Positions 1-9,012 of a stretch of 64,000 bases of DNA are shown here, one piece after another. Position numbers and translations under genes: made by a program. The stretch is taken from NCBI GenBank assembly GCA_041494685.1, contig JBGQBE010000004.1:62001-126000 (forward strand), in the 5' to 3' direction. The stretch's first letter is position 1, and every line of letters begins with the position of its first letter. A model generated the notes under the pieces. The model ran no database searches. It saw only the letters and a program-made list of their open reading frames with translations, and was not told where the DNA came from. Source of the stretch: Dehalococcoidia bacterium (GTDB lineage Bacteria > Chloroflexota > Dehalococcoidia > DSTF01 > JACRBR01).

Positions 1-752
1 GTCTCGCCGGGCAGATGCAGCACGAACGGTACCGTCTTCACTTCGTCTTTCCGCGCCGCCATCGCCTCCTGGAAGAATGGGGGATGCTCGCCCGCGGAGA
101 GAAACGCGAGCCCGTAGGTCGAGACAAGGACGCGCCCCTGGGCATCGAGCAGCCCGGCGTGTCCCGTGCGTCCGACCTGCACCGCTTGAGAGAGCGCTTG
201 GAGGACGGGCTGGCTATCCAGTGCGAGGATGCCCAGGATCACTCCTACAGGCTGGCCCTCGCGCGTGACACGCGTGGCCAGCGCCACGGCGGGACGCCCG
301 GTCCGCGGATCGCTGAAAGGGTCAGATGCCGTGGCAGGATCGCCGGCGGCGGCGTGTTCGGCGAAGGAGACGAGGCCCGGGTCGAGCGTGCCGACTGGGT
401 TGGGCGCGGCGGCGAGGGTCACGCCAGACGTGTCGACGAACAGGATGTCGAGGGCCATCGAGTCCATCCGGCGGAAGCCGAGAGCGAGCGCCTCCTGCTC
501 GCCGGCGTCGCCGGTGGCAGCCGAGAGATCGTCGCCGGTCTGCCGCAGGTCCGCTTGCTCCTGGCTGATGCGGGCATCCAGCTCGGCGGCCGTGAGCCGC
601 GCGATCACCAGGTACTGGTGCCGCGTCTCGTTGGCGCTTTCGCGGAGGGCGTACTCTCCGAGGGCGCTAAACGCGCCGAAGAGGAGGAGGAAGCCCAGGC
701 TCAGCGCCAGCGCCATGCGGGGCCAGAGGCCCAACCGCGACCACCGTTTCAT
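1..752 (-). CDS. Membrane sensor protein (N-terminal TM helix + Cache-like extracytoplasmic domain), probably a histidine kinase; runs off the window edge
   Basis: My translation from ATG 752: MKRWSRLGLWPRMALALSLGFLLLFGAFSALG...SDPFSDPRTGRPAVALATRV...GRTGHAGLLDAQGRVL, open to position 1; typical dCache motifs. Absent from the ORF track because it has no stop in the window. Confidence 0.7.
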   Translation of the reverse strand, partial: MKRWSRLGLWPRMALALSLGFLLLFGAFSALGEYALRESANETRHQYLVIARLTAAELDARISQEQADLRQTGDDLSAATGDAGEQEALALGFRRMDSMALDILFVDTSGVTLAAAPNPVGTLDPGLVSFAEHAAAGDPATASDPFSDPRTGRPAVALATRVTREGQPVGVILGILALDSQPVLQALSQAVQVGRTGHAGLLDAQGRVLVSTYGLAFLSAGEHPPFFQEAMAARKDEVKTVPFVLHLPGE

Positions 753-840
753 CCCCGCATCATACGCGGCCCGGTTCCCCTGGAGGATGAAGCGTGACGG
801 AGCGCCGTCACGCCGTTTGCGGCGGCCCGCCTTCAAACGC

Positions 841-870
841 TAGAAGGCGGGCCTGTGTGCCCGCCTTCTA
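841..870. terminator. Hairpin downstream of tRNA-Lys
   Basis: Perfect 12-bp inverted repeat TAGAAGGCGGGC-ctgtgt-GCCCGCCTTCTA. Confidence 0.6.
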
Positions 871-882
871 CATTCGGTTTCG

Positions 883-958
<76 letters not shown>

Positions 959-1167
959 GTATGCTCACCGCGCGGGGAACCGCGCCCCGCATTCTAGCAC
1001 GAGCCGCCCCCACGACAAGATCACCTCGGCGCGGCCCCGCCGGGGGCTCGCGCGTTACCAGCATTCGGCACTGTCGTGACGCCGTCCGCGTGCGCACAGT
1101 AGACAGGAGGACGAGACGGCATTCACTGTTCGTCCCGCGTGCGCCAGGGGACTGCGCCGGAGGTCCG

Positions 1168-1524
1168 TTGAAGTCTGAAACGCCGTCTCGATCCGCACCT
1201 CGCGCGACGTTCTTAGCCCTGCCACGCACGGCAATGGGCTGGTGCTCCGCGGCCCTCGCCGCGCCGGCCATCGCATGGGTCATCTTCGGCCAGCGCCTGC
1301 AGTCCGCGATCAGGGATGACGTATGCCCGGGCCGATTCTGCACCGGCGGGCGCGAATACGTCGCCGTGGCGCTGCTGCTCGGCGCACCCGCCTGCGCGAC
1401 CGGCCTGGTCGCGCTCACCAGGCGGCGCGAGCGGTCCTTCCTCATCGTGCTCACGGTGGCGCCAGCAGTGCTCTTTACGGCGTTCTGGCTGTTCTTCGCA
1501 ATCGGCGAATTGCTGGCCGGCTGA
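1168..1524 (+). CDS. Small membrane protein (about 3 TM), hypothetical
   Basis: GGAGG followed by TTG at 1168, within ORF 961..1524; hydrophobic segments. Confidence 0.5.
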   Translation: MKSETPSRSAPRATFLALPRTAMGWCSAALAAPAIAWVIFGQRLQSAIRDDVCPGRFCTGGREYVAVALLLGAPACATGLVALTRRRERSFLIVLTVAPAVLFTAFWLFFAIGELLAG

Positions 1525-1672
1525 GTTGCCGTGTCCTCATCGCCGCCAGGCATCCGCGCCGACGCTACCCCGGCGACTCCAGGGCGCGCGTCTGCGCGAT
1601 CAGCTGCTTCTCGAAGATCGCCGGCGCGCCACCCATCCCCACCGTTGACGGCGCGAGCCGCCGCCACCCGCA

Positions 1673-1701
1673 TTGACTAGCCCGCCCAGCGCCGCTACGA
1701 T
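1673..1701 (+). promoter_or_regulatory. sigma70-type promoter of tRNA-Val
   Basis: TTGACT-N17-TACGAT just upstream of the tRNA. Confidence 0.7.
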
Positions 1702-1715
1702 GCGAAGCACCTCAC

Positions 1716-1792
<77 letters not shown>

Positions 1793-1890
1793 TCACACAC
1801 CCAGGCGGCCGCAATGGCCGCCTTTCCGATCCCCATCACCCACCCCACACCTCACAACCCCCAGGCTCCAATCTCCAATCTCCACCCCGG

Positions 1891-1918
1891 TTGAGCCGTA
1901 CGTGAAAACTGTTACAAT
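1891..1918 (+). promoter_or_regulatory. Promoter of nuoI/nuoG-like genes with an overlapping Rex-like site
   Basis: TTGAGC-N16-TACAAT; ACGTGAAAACTGTTACAA (1900-1917) partially matches TTGTG-N8-CACAA. Confidence 0.5.
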
Positions 1919-1931
1919 CGACGCCAAGACG

Positions 1932-1990
1932 CCAGCGACCAGCAACCAGCGACCAGCGACCAAGCGACCGGCAAGCAGCCAGGCGACCAA
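1932..1990. repeat. Heptamer tandem repeat (CCAGCGA)n
   Basis: ccagcga ccagcaa ccagcga ccagcga followed by degenerate copies; also (ctccaat)n at 1866-1886. Confidence 0.8.
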
Positions 1991-1991
1991 A

Positions 1992-2528
1992 ATGTACGGC
2001 ATCGGCATCCTCAAGGGCATGGCGGTGACATTCCAGCGAATGTTCAAGCCCGTCGCGACCATCGAGTTTCCCGAGGTCACCCGCCCCATGTCACCGCGCG
2101 CCCGCACGAACCTTCTCTGGTTCGAGGAGCGCTGCACCGGCTGCAGCACCTGCGCCCAGGCCTGCCCCGACGGCTGCATCCTCGTCGAGACCTCCCCTAA
2201 CCCGGACGGCTCGCTCGAAAAGGTGCGGTACGAGATCGACTTCCGCATCTGCATGTACTGCGGCCTCTGCGTCGAAGCCTGCCCTTACCAGGCCATCCAG
2301 GCCGGCGGCGTCTTCGAGGACGCCGTCTACGAGTTCGACACCATGTACAAGGACAAGCACGCGCTCACCCGCCTCGCGCACGAGCATCTGCGCCGCAACG
2401 ACTTCACCTACCCGCACGGCCAGCAGGCCCCCGGCGACGTCATCAAGCTCATCGAACTCGAAGCGAAGCAGCGGCCCGGCGCCGTCTCCAAGGGCGAGCG
2501 CGTAGTCAAGGCAAGCACCCGTGGCTAA
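1992..2528 (+). CDS. nuoI: NADH-quinone oxidoreductase subunit I (2x[4Fe-4S])
   Basis: MYGIGILKGMAVTF...ERCTGCSTCAQACP...RICMYCGLCVEACPYQAI; ATG 1992 preferred over GTG 1902, which would read through the repeats. Confidence 0.85.
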   Translation: MYGIGILKGMAVTFQRMFKPVATIEFPEVTRPMSPRARTNLLWFEERCTGCSTCAQACPDGCILVETSPNPDGSLEKVRYEIDFRICMYCGLCVEACPYQAIQAGGVFEDAVYEFDTMYKDKHALTRLAHEHLRRNDFTYPHGQQAPGDVIKLIELEAKQRPGAVSKGERVVKASTRG

Positions 2529-5112
2529 GATCACCCTCAACGGCGTCCAGATCGATGCGCCCGACGGCGCGCCGCTCGTCGAAGTCATCAAGAAGAACGG
2601 CGTCTGGATCTCCAACCTCTGCTACATCGACGGCCTCGTGCCCTACGCCGGCTGCCGCACCTGCCTGGTCGAGATCGAGGGCGCGCGCGGCCTCCAGCTC
2701 TCCTGCACGGCCCGCGTCGCCGACGGCATGGTCGTCAACACCGAGCCGCAGCACGTGAAGGAAGCCCGCCAGCAGGTGCTGGCGATCATCAACGCCAACC
2801 ACTCCGACCGCTGCCTCACCTGCCACCGCCGCGTGAAGTGCATGCCCGGCGACATCTGCCTGCGCGACGACGTCGTCACGCACCGCTGCGTCACCTGCTC
2901 CAAGAACTACCGCTGCGAACTGCAGACCACGAACGAACTGATGGACATGGGCTTCGACAACGTCGAGCCGTGGGCCGGCGAGCCACGCTCTTATTACCAG
3001 AGCGAGCAGCCCGACCCCGACCGCGCGAACCCGTGGTTCGAGTTCGACCCGCAGATGTGCATTCTCTGCACCCGCTGCGTCCGCGCCTGCGACGAGATCC
3101 GCCACACAAGCGCCATCACGCTCGCCGGCCGCGGCTTCCCGTCGCGCATCGCCTTCGGCGCCGGTGGCCGCATCGATGAGTCCGACTGCGACTTCTGCGG
3201 CGCCTGCATCGACGTCTGTCCCACGGCGACGCTGATGGAGAAGCCGAACAAGTGGATCGCCCGCACCGAGGACTGGGCCAGCACCACCTGCAACTCCTGC
3301 TCCGTCGGCTGCACGATCAGCATCGGCACGCGCAGCGGCCGCGCCGTCATCGTCAAGCCCGACCGCGTCAACCCGGTCAGCGCCGACCAGATCTGCGTGC
3401 GCGGCCGCTTCCACTACGACGCCGTGCCCGACAAGCAGCGCCTCCAGCGCCACCTCGTGCGCCGCGGCCCCGCTGGCTCGCCGCAGTTCCCCGCGCACTG
3501 GGGCGAGCTTGTCGGCTACGCTGCGCAGCAGATCAAGGACGTCGTCGCGAAGCACAGCGCGGCCGCCGTCGCCGTGCTCGGCTCGCCGTTCGCTACGAAC
3601 GAGGAGAACTACCTGGCGCAGAAGCTCGCCCGCGACGTCATCGGCACGCCGCACGTCGACTTCTCGTCCGCCGCGCCGAACCGCGCCGTCGCGAAGGCGC
3701 TCGAGGCCGCCTTCGGCACCGAGGCGCTCGCCTCCGACATGCTGAACATCGCTCGCAGCGACGTCGTGGTCTGCATCGCGGACGACCTGGAGTCGAGCCA
3801 CAACGTCGCGGCGTTGCGCATCAAGGACGCCGTCGCCGGCCAGCCGGCCGCGCCGCATGCCGCGAAGCTGCTGCTCGTCTCGCACCTTGAGGGCGAACTC
3901 GAGGCCTTCGCCGAGCCGTACGGTGGCGTCTGGCTGCAGACCCGCCCCGGCGCCGAGGCCGCCGCCGTCGACGCGCTGGCGAAGGGTGCCGCGCCCGCCG
4001 GCCTGCTCCGCGGCGACGCCGCGGCCGCACAGGCGATCATCGCGGCCGCGAAGGACGAGAAGAAGACCGTCAGCATCGTCTACGCGCCGGGCATCGACGC
4101 TGCCGCCGCCGGCAACGGCGCGCGCGCCGCGGCCAACCTGGCGATTGCGTTGCGCGGCGCGAAGGCCGCCGAGTCGCTGCACGTCCTGCCCGCCGAGGCC
4201 AACGTCAACGGTGCGCGCGACATGGGCGTCGACCCGGAGCGCGGTCCCGGCCGCGCCGCCGCCGCGACGCCCGGCATGTCGTTCGACCAGATGGTCGACG
4301 CCGCCATCGCCGGCACACTGAAGGCGATGATCGTCGTCGGCGACAACCCGCTGATGTTCGCACCCGGCCGCGCCCGCGTCGCGCGGGCGCTCGCCGCGCT
4401 CGACGTGCTGATCGTCATCGACAGCCTGCTCACGGACACCGCGAAGGCCGCGCACGTCGTGCTCGCCGACGTGCCGTCGTATGGAAAGACCGGCACCTAC
4501 ACCAACGCCGAACGCCGCGTGAACCGCCTGCACGCCGCCCTCGACGCCTTGGGCGATGCGCGCCCCGCGCTGCTCGCGCTCACCGATCTCGCCAACGCGA
4601 TCGGCGGCGCGGACACCTGGACGTACGACCACCCCGACGCCGTCACCGACGAGATCGCGAGCAGCGTCGCCAGCTACGGTATCTTCCCCGCGAGCCGGAG
4701 CGGTTGGGGCCGCGCGCGCGCCGCCGAACCCGCGACGAAGGCGGTGACGCAGGCCGTCGCCGCGTGCGCGCCGTCAGCCGCCGGCGGCGAACTGCTGCTC
4801 ACCGCGGGCCGCACGCTCTTCACCAGCCTCGAAGGCGCGGCGCTGAGTTCGCCCGACGCCGACAAGCTGCACCGCGAAGAGGCGGTCGAGCTGCACCCCG
4901 CCGACGCCGCAGCGCTCCGCGTCGCCGACGGCGCGGAGGTGACGCTCGTCACCGCCCACGGCGAGCTCGCGCTCCCCTGCAAGATCAGCGGGCGTGTCGC
5001 CGAAGGCGTAGCCTACGTCTCGTCCTACTACCGCGCCGGCGCCGTCATGCAGCTCTTCGACCGCACCGGCGCTCCCGTGTCAGCCAGGGTGAAGGTCGCC
5101 GCCCCGGCGTAG
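2521..5112 (+). CDS. NuoG-like / FdhF-family Fe-S molybdopterin-fold protein, apparently lacking the Mo ligand
   Basis: N-terminal 2Fe-2S (LC...GCRTCLV...SC), HxxxCxxC, CILCTRCVRAC, CDFCGACIDVCP, CNSCSVGC...C; C-terminal molybdopterin-binding fold; overlaps nuoI by 8 nt. Confidence 0.85.
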   Translation: MAKITLNGVQIDAPDGAPLVEVIKKNGVWISNLCYIDGLVPYAGCRTCLVEIEGARGLQLSCTARVADGMVVNTEPQHVKEARQQVLAIINANHSDRCLTCHRRVKCMPGDICLRDDVVTHRCVTCSKNYRCELQTTNELMDMGFDNVEPWAGEPRSYYQSEQPDPDRANPWFEFDPQMCILCTRCVRACDEIRHTSAITLAGRGFPSRIAFGAGGRIDESDCDFCGACIDVCPTATLMEKPNKWIARTEDWASTTCNSCSVGCTISIGTRSGRAVIVKPDRVNPVSADQICVRGRFHYDAVPDKQRLQRHLVRRGPAGSPQFPAHWGELVGYAAQQIKDVVAKHSAAAVAVLGSPFATNEENYLAQKLARDVIGTPHVDFSSAAPNRAVAKALEAAFGTEALASDMLNIARSDVVVCIADDLESSHNVAALRIKDAVAGQPAAPHAAKLLLVSHLEGELEAFAEPYGGVWLQTRPGAEAAAVDALAKGAAPAGLLRGDAAAAQAIIAAAKDEKKTVSIVYAPGIDAAAAGNGARAAANLAIALRGAKAAESLHVLPAEANVNGARDMGVDPERGPGRAAAATPGMSFDQMVDAAIAGTLKAMIVVGDNPLMFAPGRARVARALAALDVLIVIDSLLTDTAKAAHVVLADVPSYGKTGTYTNAERRVNRLHAALDALGDARPALLALTDLANAIGGADTWTYDHPDAVTDEIASSVASYGIFPASRSGWGRARAAEPATKAVTQAVAACAPSAAGGELLLTAGRTLFTSLEGAALSSPDADKLHREEAVELHPADAAALRVADGAEVTLVTAHGELALPCKISGRVAEGVAYVSSYYRAGAVMQLFDRTGAPVSARVKVAAPA

Positions 5113-5115
5113 CCC

Positions 5116-6165
5116 TCACCCGCTCGGTCCATCGTCGGGCGCCATCACCTCGGTGGCCGGCACCGGCTGCTCGCCCATGCCGCGTTGCTCCATCCAGTAA
5201 TCGAACGCCACGCGCGCCACGGCCGCCGCAGGCAGCGCCAGCAGCACGCCCGTGATCCCGAGTAACTCTTGCCCCGAGAGCACCGCGATCAGCACGACCA
5301 GCGGCGGCAGGTTCAGCGTCTGGCCGTACACGCGCGGCATCAGGAACCGGTCCTCGAACTGCTGGTACAGCATGAGCAGCGCGATTACGATCACCGCCTG
5401 CGTCGGCGACTCGTGGAACGCCGCCACCGACGCCGGCACGATCGCGATGAACGCGCCCACCAGTGGCACGATGTCCGCGAATCCCGCGAGCACCCCGAAG
5501 GCGAGCGAGTTCGGCACACCCAGCACCAGCAGCACCACGAAGGTGTACAGCGCGATCACTACCGACGTGATCACCTGCCCGCGGATGTAGCCGCCGACCA
5601 CCCGCACCAGCGACGCCTGGAACCGCCGCGCATCCGCCTCGCGGTCTCCCGGCACGAACCGGTAGACGAAGCGCGAAAGCCGCGGCGCCTCGACCAGCAG
5701 ATAGATCGTCAGCACGATCACCGTCAGCGTAGATAGCGTCGTCTGTACTACTCGCTGCCCGTAATCCAGCGCCTTCGGGCCCGAGATCAGCGCCTTCCAG
5801 TCGATGTCGCGCGCGCGTGCCTCCAGCGAGACCGATATCCCGAAGCGGTCCAGGAAGTCTTCCAGGTCGCGCGCGTCCGAGGGCAGGTTGTCGCGCACGC
5901 TCTGGAACTCGTCGATCAGCGCCGGCACGATCAGCGCCAGCAGCCCGGCCAGCACCAGCAGCACCGCCAGCGCCACCGCCAGCACCGCCAGCGTGCGCGG
6001 CCAACCGCGCCGGATCAGCCACTCGACGTACGGCAGCAGCGCCGCCTGGAAGATGAACGCCGTCACCAGCAGCAGCATCACCGGCCACAGCTGCAGTGTG
6101 ATCAGCAGCGCCGCAACCGTCAGCGCCGCCACGACGACCGTGCGCGTCGGGATCTCAAGCTTCAT
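5116..6165 (-). CDS. AI-2E (PerM) family transporter
   Basis: Polytopic membrane protein; GGYIRGQ, YQQFEDRFLMPRVYG, LxGxxGVLLALP motifs. Confidence 0.9.
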   Translation of the reverse strand: MKLEIPTRTVVVAALTVAALLITLQLWPVMLLLVTAFIFQAALLPYVEWLIRRGWPRTLAVLAVALAVLLVLAGLLALIVPALIDEFQSVRDNLPSDARDLEDFLDRFGISVSLEARARDIDWKALISGPKALDYGQRVVQTTLSTLTVIVLTIYLLVEAPRLSRFVYRFVPGDREADARRFQASLVRVVGGYIRGQVITSVVIALYTFVVLLVLGVPNSLAFGVLAGFADIVPLVGAFIAIVPASVAAFHESPTQAVIVIALLMLYQQFEDRFLMPRVYGQTLNLPPLVVLIAVLSGQELLGITGVLLALPAAAVARVAFDYWMEQRGMGEQPVPATEVMAPDDGPSG

Positions 6166-6202
6166 AGCGAAGCACCTCCGTGCGCCGGCGCGCCGCGCGC
6201 CA

Positions 6203-6850
6203 TTAGTTCAGCACCCCGAACCCCGCCGTCTTCATGCGCAACCGCGCGACCAGCCGCCCTCGCATGTCCGGCAGTTCCTCCGCGATGATCTCCAGCTCTC
6301 GCCGCAGCCGAGCGCCTGGCGACAGCTGCTCCAGCAGGTCCTGCTTCATCGACGCCGGCACATCGATCCGCGCGGCGATGTAGTCCGCCGCCTCGCCGGC
6401 GTCGCCCGGCAGGTACACGCCGCGCATCCACTGGTCGCCGAGGGCCATGTGCGTCTTCAGGTACTCGTCGAAGTACGCCTCCGCCCGCTGCAGCAGCTCC
6501 CGTGCCGCCTCGTCGCAGGGTTGCTGCTCCAGCACGGCCACCTCCCCGCGCAGGTACGGCTGAGTCGTGTTCAACGCCACGATGCGGAAGCGCTGCTCCC
6601 CCATCGTAAAGATGTTCATCCGCCCGTCCTCCAGGTACTCCACCTGTGAGATCCGGGCGGTCGTGCCCACGTCGAACGGGATCGCGCCGCTACCAACCTC
6701 CGGCCCGGATTTGATCAGCACCACCCCGAACGGCGCGTCCTCCTCGATGCACTCCCGGATCATCAGCCGGTAGCGCTCTTCGAAGACGTGCAGCGGCATC
6801 CGCATCCCCGGGAACAGCACCGTCTGCAGCGGAAACAGGCGAAGGTCCAT
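6203..6850 (-). CDS. LON peptidase substrate-binding domain protein
   Basis: LFPLQTVLFPGMRMPLHVFEERYRLMI signature; no AAA+ domain. Confidence 0.9.
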   Translation of the reverse strand: MDLRLFPLQTVLFPGMRMPLHVFEERYRLMIRECIEEDAPFGVVLIKSGPEVGSGAIPFDVGTTARISQVEYLEDGRMNIFTMGEQRFRIVALNTTQPYLRGEVAVLEQQPCDEAARELLQRAEAYFDEYLKTHMALGDQWMRGVYLPGDAGEAADYIAARIDVPASMKQDLLEQLSPGARLRRELEIIAEELPDMRGRLVARLRMKTAGFGVLN

Positions 6851-7140
6851 CGGCTCCCTTGCGCGCCAGCGCGCGCTCGCTCGTCACCGATTATCCCATA
6901 CGTGGCGGCGGCGCGGATGGCTCCCGGGCGCGGGCCATCCGCGCCTTGACTCCCACGGAACGCGGGAAGATAATCTCACTTGCCCCTGCGGAAGGTGCCG
7001 CCCCGGCGGCGCTCCGCGACGGCAACTACCCCGCCGGACGCGCAACGGTGGCGGCGCGCCCGCTCCTTGCATCGGATCAGCACGTCACCCCGCCCGCGCG
7101 GACGCGCCGGCGGCACAAGCCAGCCCACCAGGAGGCAACC

Positions 7141-7572
7141 TTGGCAGAAGCACCAGCCGCGGAAAAAACCCAACGAGCCATCGTCCCATTCCTCAAGATC
7201 CCGGCCAATCCGGCGGAGAAGCCGTACCTGGCCGGCAGCCGGTGCAAGCAGTGCGGCGCCACCTACCTGGGCACCCGCATGGCCTGCAGCCGCTGCTTCT
7301 CCGCGGAGACGATGGAGGAAGTCAAGCTCTCCGACCGCGGTGAGCTGCACGTCTTCTCCATCGTGCACCAGAGCGTGCCCGGCATCCCGACGCCGTACGT
7401 CGCGGCGATCGTCGACCTGCCGGAGGGCGTCAGCGTCCGCTGCAACATCAGCGGCGTCGAGGCGGACCCCAAGAACCTGAAGTTCGGCATGCCGGTGCAG
7501 ATGGTCAGTGAGAAGATCCGCACCGACCGCGAGGGCAACGACGTCATCGCCTTCAGCTTCAAGCCGATCTAA
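7141..7572 (+). CDS. DUF35 Zn-ribbon/OB-fold protein (thiolase partner)
   Basis: GGAGG then TTG 7141; CKQCG...CSRC, PYVAAIVDLPEG. Confidence 0.85.
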   Translation: MAEAPAAEKTQRAIVPFLKIPANPAEKPYLAGSRCKQCGATYLGTRMACSRCFSAETMEEVKLSDRGELHVFSIVHQSVPGIPTPYVAAIVDLPEGVSVRCNISGVEADPKNLKFGMPVQMVSEKIRTDREGNDVIAFSFKPI

Positions 7573-7655
7573 CGGCATCCCGACAGAAGGTCTCCGCACG
7601 AAGCGGGGACGAAGCGCCGCCCCCACTGATGGCGGGCGGCTGAGAGGAGAACCCC

Positions 7656-8801
7656 ATGCGAGACGTAGCCGTGATCGGCGTCGGGATGATTAAGTTCGGA
7701 CGCTACCCGGAGAAGACCGTGCCGGAGCTCGCCGGCCAGGCGATCCTGCTCGCCCTCAAGGACGCCGGTGTCGACATGAAGGACATCGAGCTCATGGCGA
7801 GCGGCAATCTCTACCAGTCGAACGCCATGGTCGGCCAGCGCATCCTGCAGACCATCGGTCAGACCGGCATCCCCGTCATCAACGTCGCCAACGCGTGTGC
7901 CACCGGCTCCACGGCCTTCCGCGAGGCCTACTTCGCCGTCGCGTCGGGCGCGTACGATGTCGCGATGGCCGTCGGATCGGAGCAGATGGGCAAGATGGGA
8001 TTGCTCGGCGCGGGCGCTCCCGGCGGCGACCCGGCTTACAGCACCGAAGGCGTCCTGGGCTCCGGCCTCATGCCCGCCGTCTTCGGCATGGCCGGCGTCG
8101 AGCACATGCGCAAGTACGGCACCACGCAGGAGCAGTTCGCGAAGGTGTCCGTGAAGAACCACAAGCACTCGATGCACAACCCCTACTCCCAGTACCAGAC
8201 CGAAGTCGGGCTGGAGGATGTGCTCAACGCCCGCGTCGTCTCGTGGCCGAACACCCTCTACATGTGCTGCCCCACCGGCGACGGCGCCGCCGCGGCTATC
8301 GTCTGCTCGATGGAGAAGGCGCGCCAGTTCACCACCAAGCCCATCCGCGTCGCCGCCTCCGTCCTCACCTCCGACCCGTGGACGCAGCGGGACCTGACGA
8401 TGCCCGACATCAACACCCTCACCCGCGCCGCCGCCAAGGAGGCGTACGAGAAGGCCGGCATCGGCCCGCAGGACCTCAGCCTGATCGAGCTGCATGACTG
8501 CTTCGCCACGGCGGAGATCCTGCACTACGAGAACCTCGGCATCTGCGGCGAAGGCGAAGCCGGCCGCATGATCGACGAGGGCGCGACGACGATCGGCGGC
8601 AAGATCCCGGTAAACGCCAGCGGCGGCCTGCTCTCCAAGGGCCACCCGCTGGGCGCGACCGGCGTCGCGAACGTCTGCGAAGTCGTCTGGCACCTCCGCG
8701 GCGAAGCCGGCGGCCGCCAGGTCGAAGGCGCGAAGGTCGGCCTCGCTCACGTCATCGGCCTCGGCTCCGCGTGCACCATCCAGATTCTGGAGAAGGTGTA
8801 A
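7656..8801 (+). CDS. Thiolase family protein (SCP-x / lipid-transfer type)
   Basis: NACATGS, ELHDCF, NASGGLLSKGHPLGATG. Confidence 0.9.
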   Translation: MRDVAVIGVGMIKFGRYPEKTVPELAGQAILLALKDAGVDMKDIELMASGNLYQSNAMVGQRILQTIGQTGIPVINVANACATGSTAFREAYFAVASGAYDVAMAVGSEQMGKMGLLGAGAPGGDPAYSTEGVLGSGLMPAVFGMAGVEHMRKYGTTQEQFAKVSVKNHKHSMHNPYSQYQTEVGLEDVLNARVVSWPNTLYMCCPTGDGAAAAIVCSMEKARQFTTKPIRVAASVLTSDPWTQRDLTMPDINTLTRAAAKEAYEKAGIGPQDLSLIELHDCFATAEILHYENLGICGEGEAGRMIDEGATTIGGKIPVNASGGLLSKGHPLGATGVANVCEVVWHLRGEAGGRQVEGAKVGLAHVIGLGSACTIQILEKV

Positions 8802-8837
8802 CGCCAATCGGCACGCCAGCAGGCATCGGATCCAAGA

Positions 8838-8865
8838 AAGGGACCGCTCTCACGAGCGGCCCCTT
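8838..8865 (+). terminator. Hairpin terminator after the thiolase
   Basis: AAGGGACCGCTC-tcac-GAGCGGCCCCTT. Confidence 0.6.
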
Positions 8866-8949
8866 CTGCATTGTTTCGCGCAATGCAGCGCGGGCGCGGC
8901 GCACCGCGCCCCTTGTACACGCATCGATCGACCCTGCCCCCACAAACAG

Positions 8950-8970
8950 AAAACCCGCGCGAAGCGCGGG
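8950..8970 (-). terminator. Terminator after argS
   Basis: CCCGCGC-gaa-GCGCGGG with an A-run on the left (U-tail on the minus strand). Confidence 0.6.
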
Positions 8971-9012
8971 CCAATCACCAACTACCCAATTAACTACAAC
9001 CCATCGACTCCG

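Noticed and set aside
15..797. Plus-strand 260-aa ORF
   Set aside because: Antisense to the Cache-domain sensor gene on the minus strand.
2521..5112. Formate dehydrogenase alpha subunit or selenoprotein
   Set aside because: No Cys/Sec-His at the active-site position and no in-frame TGA.
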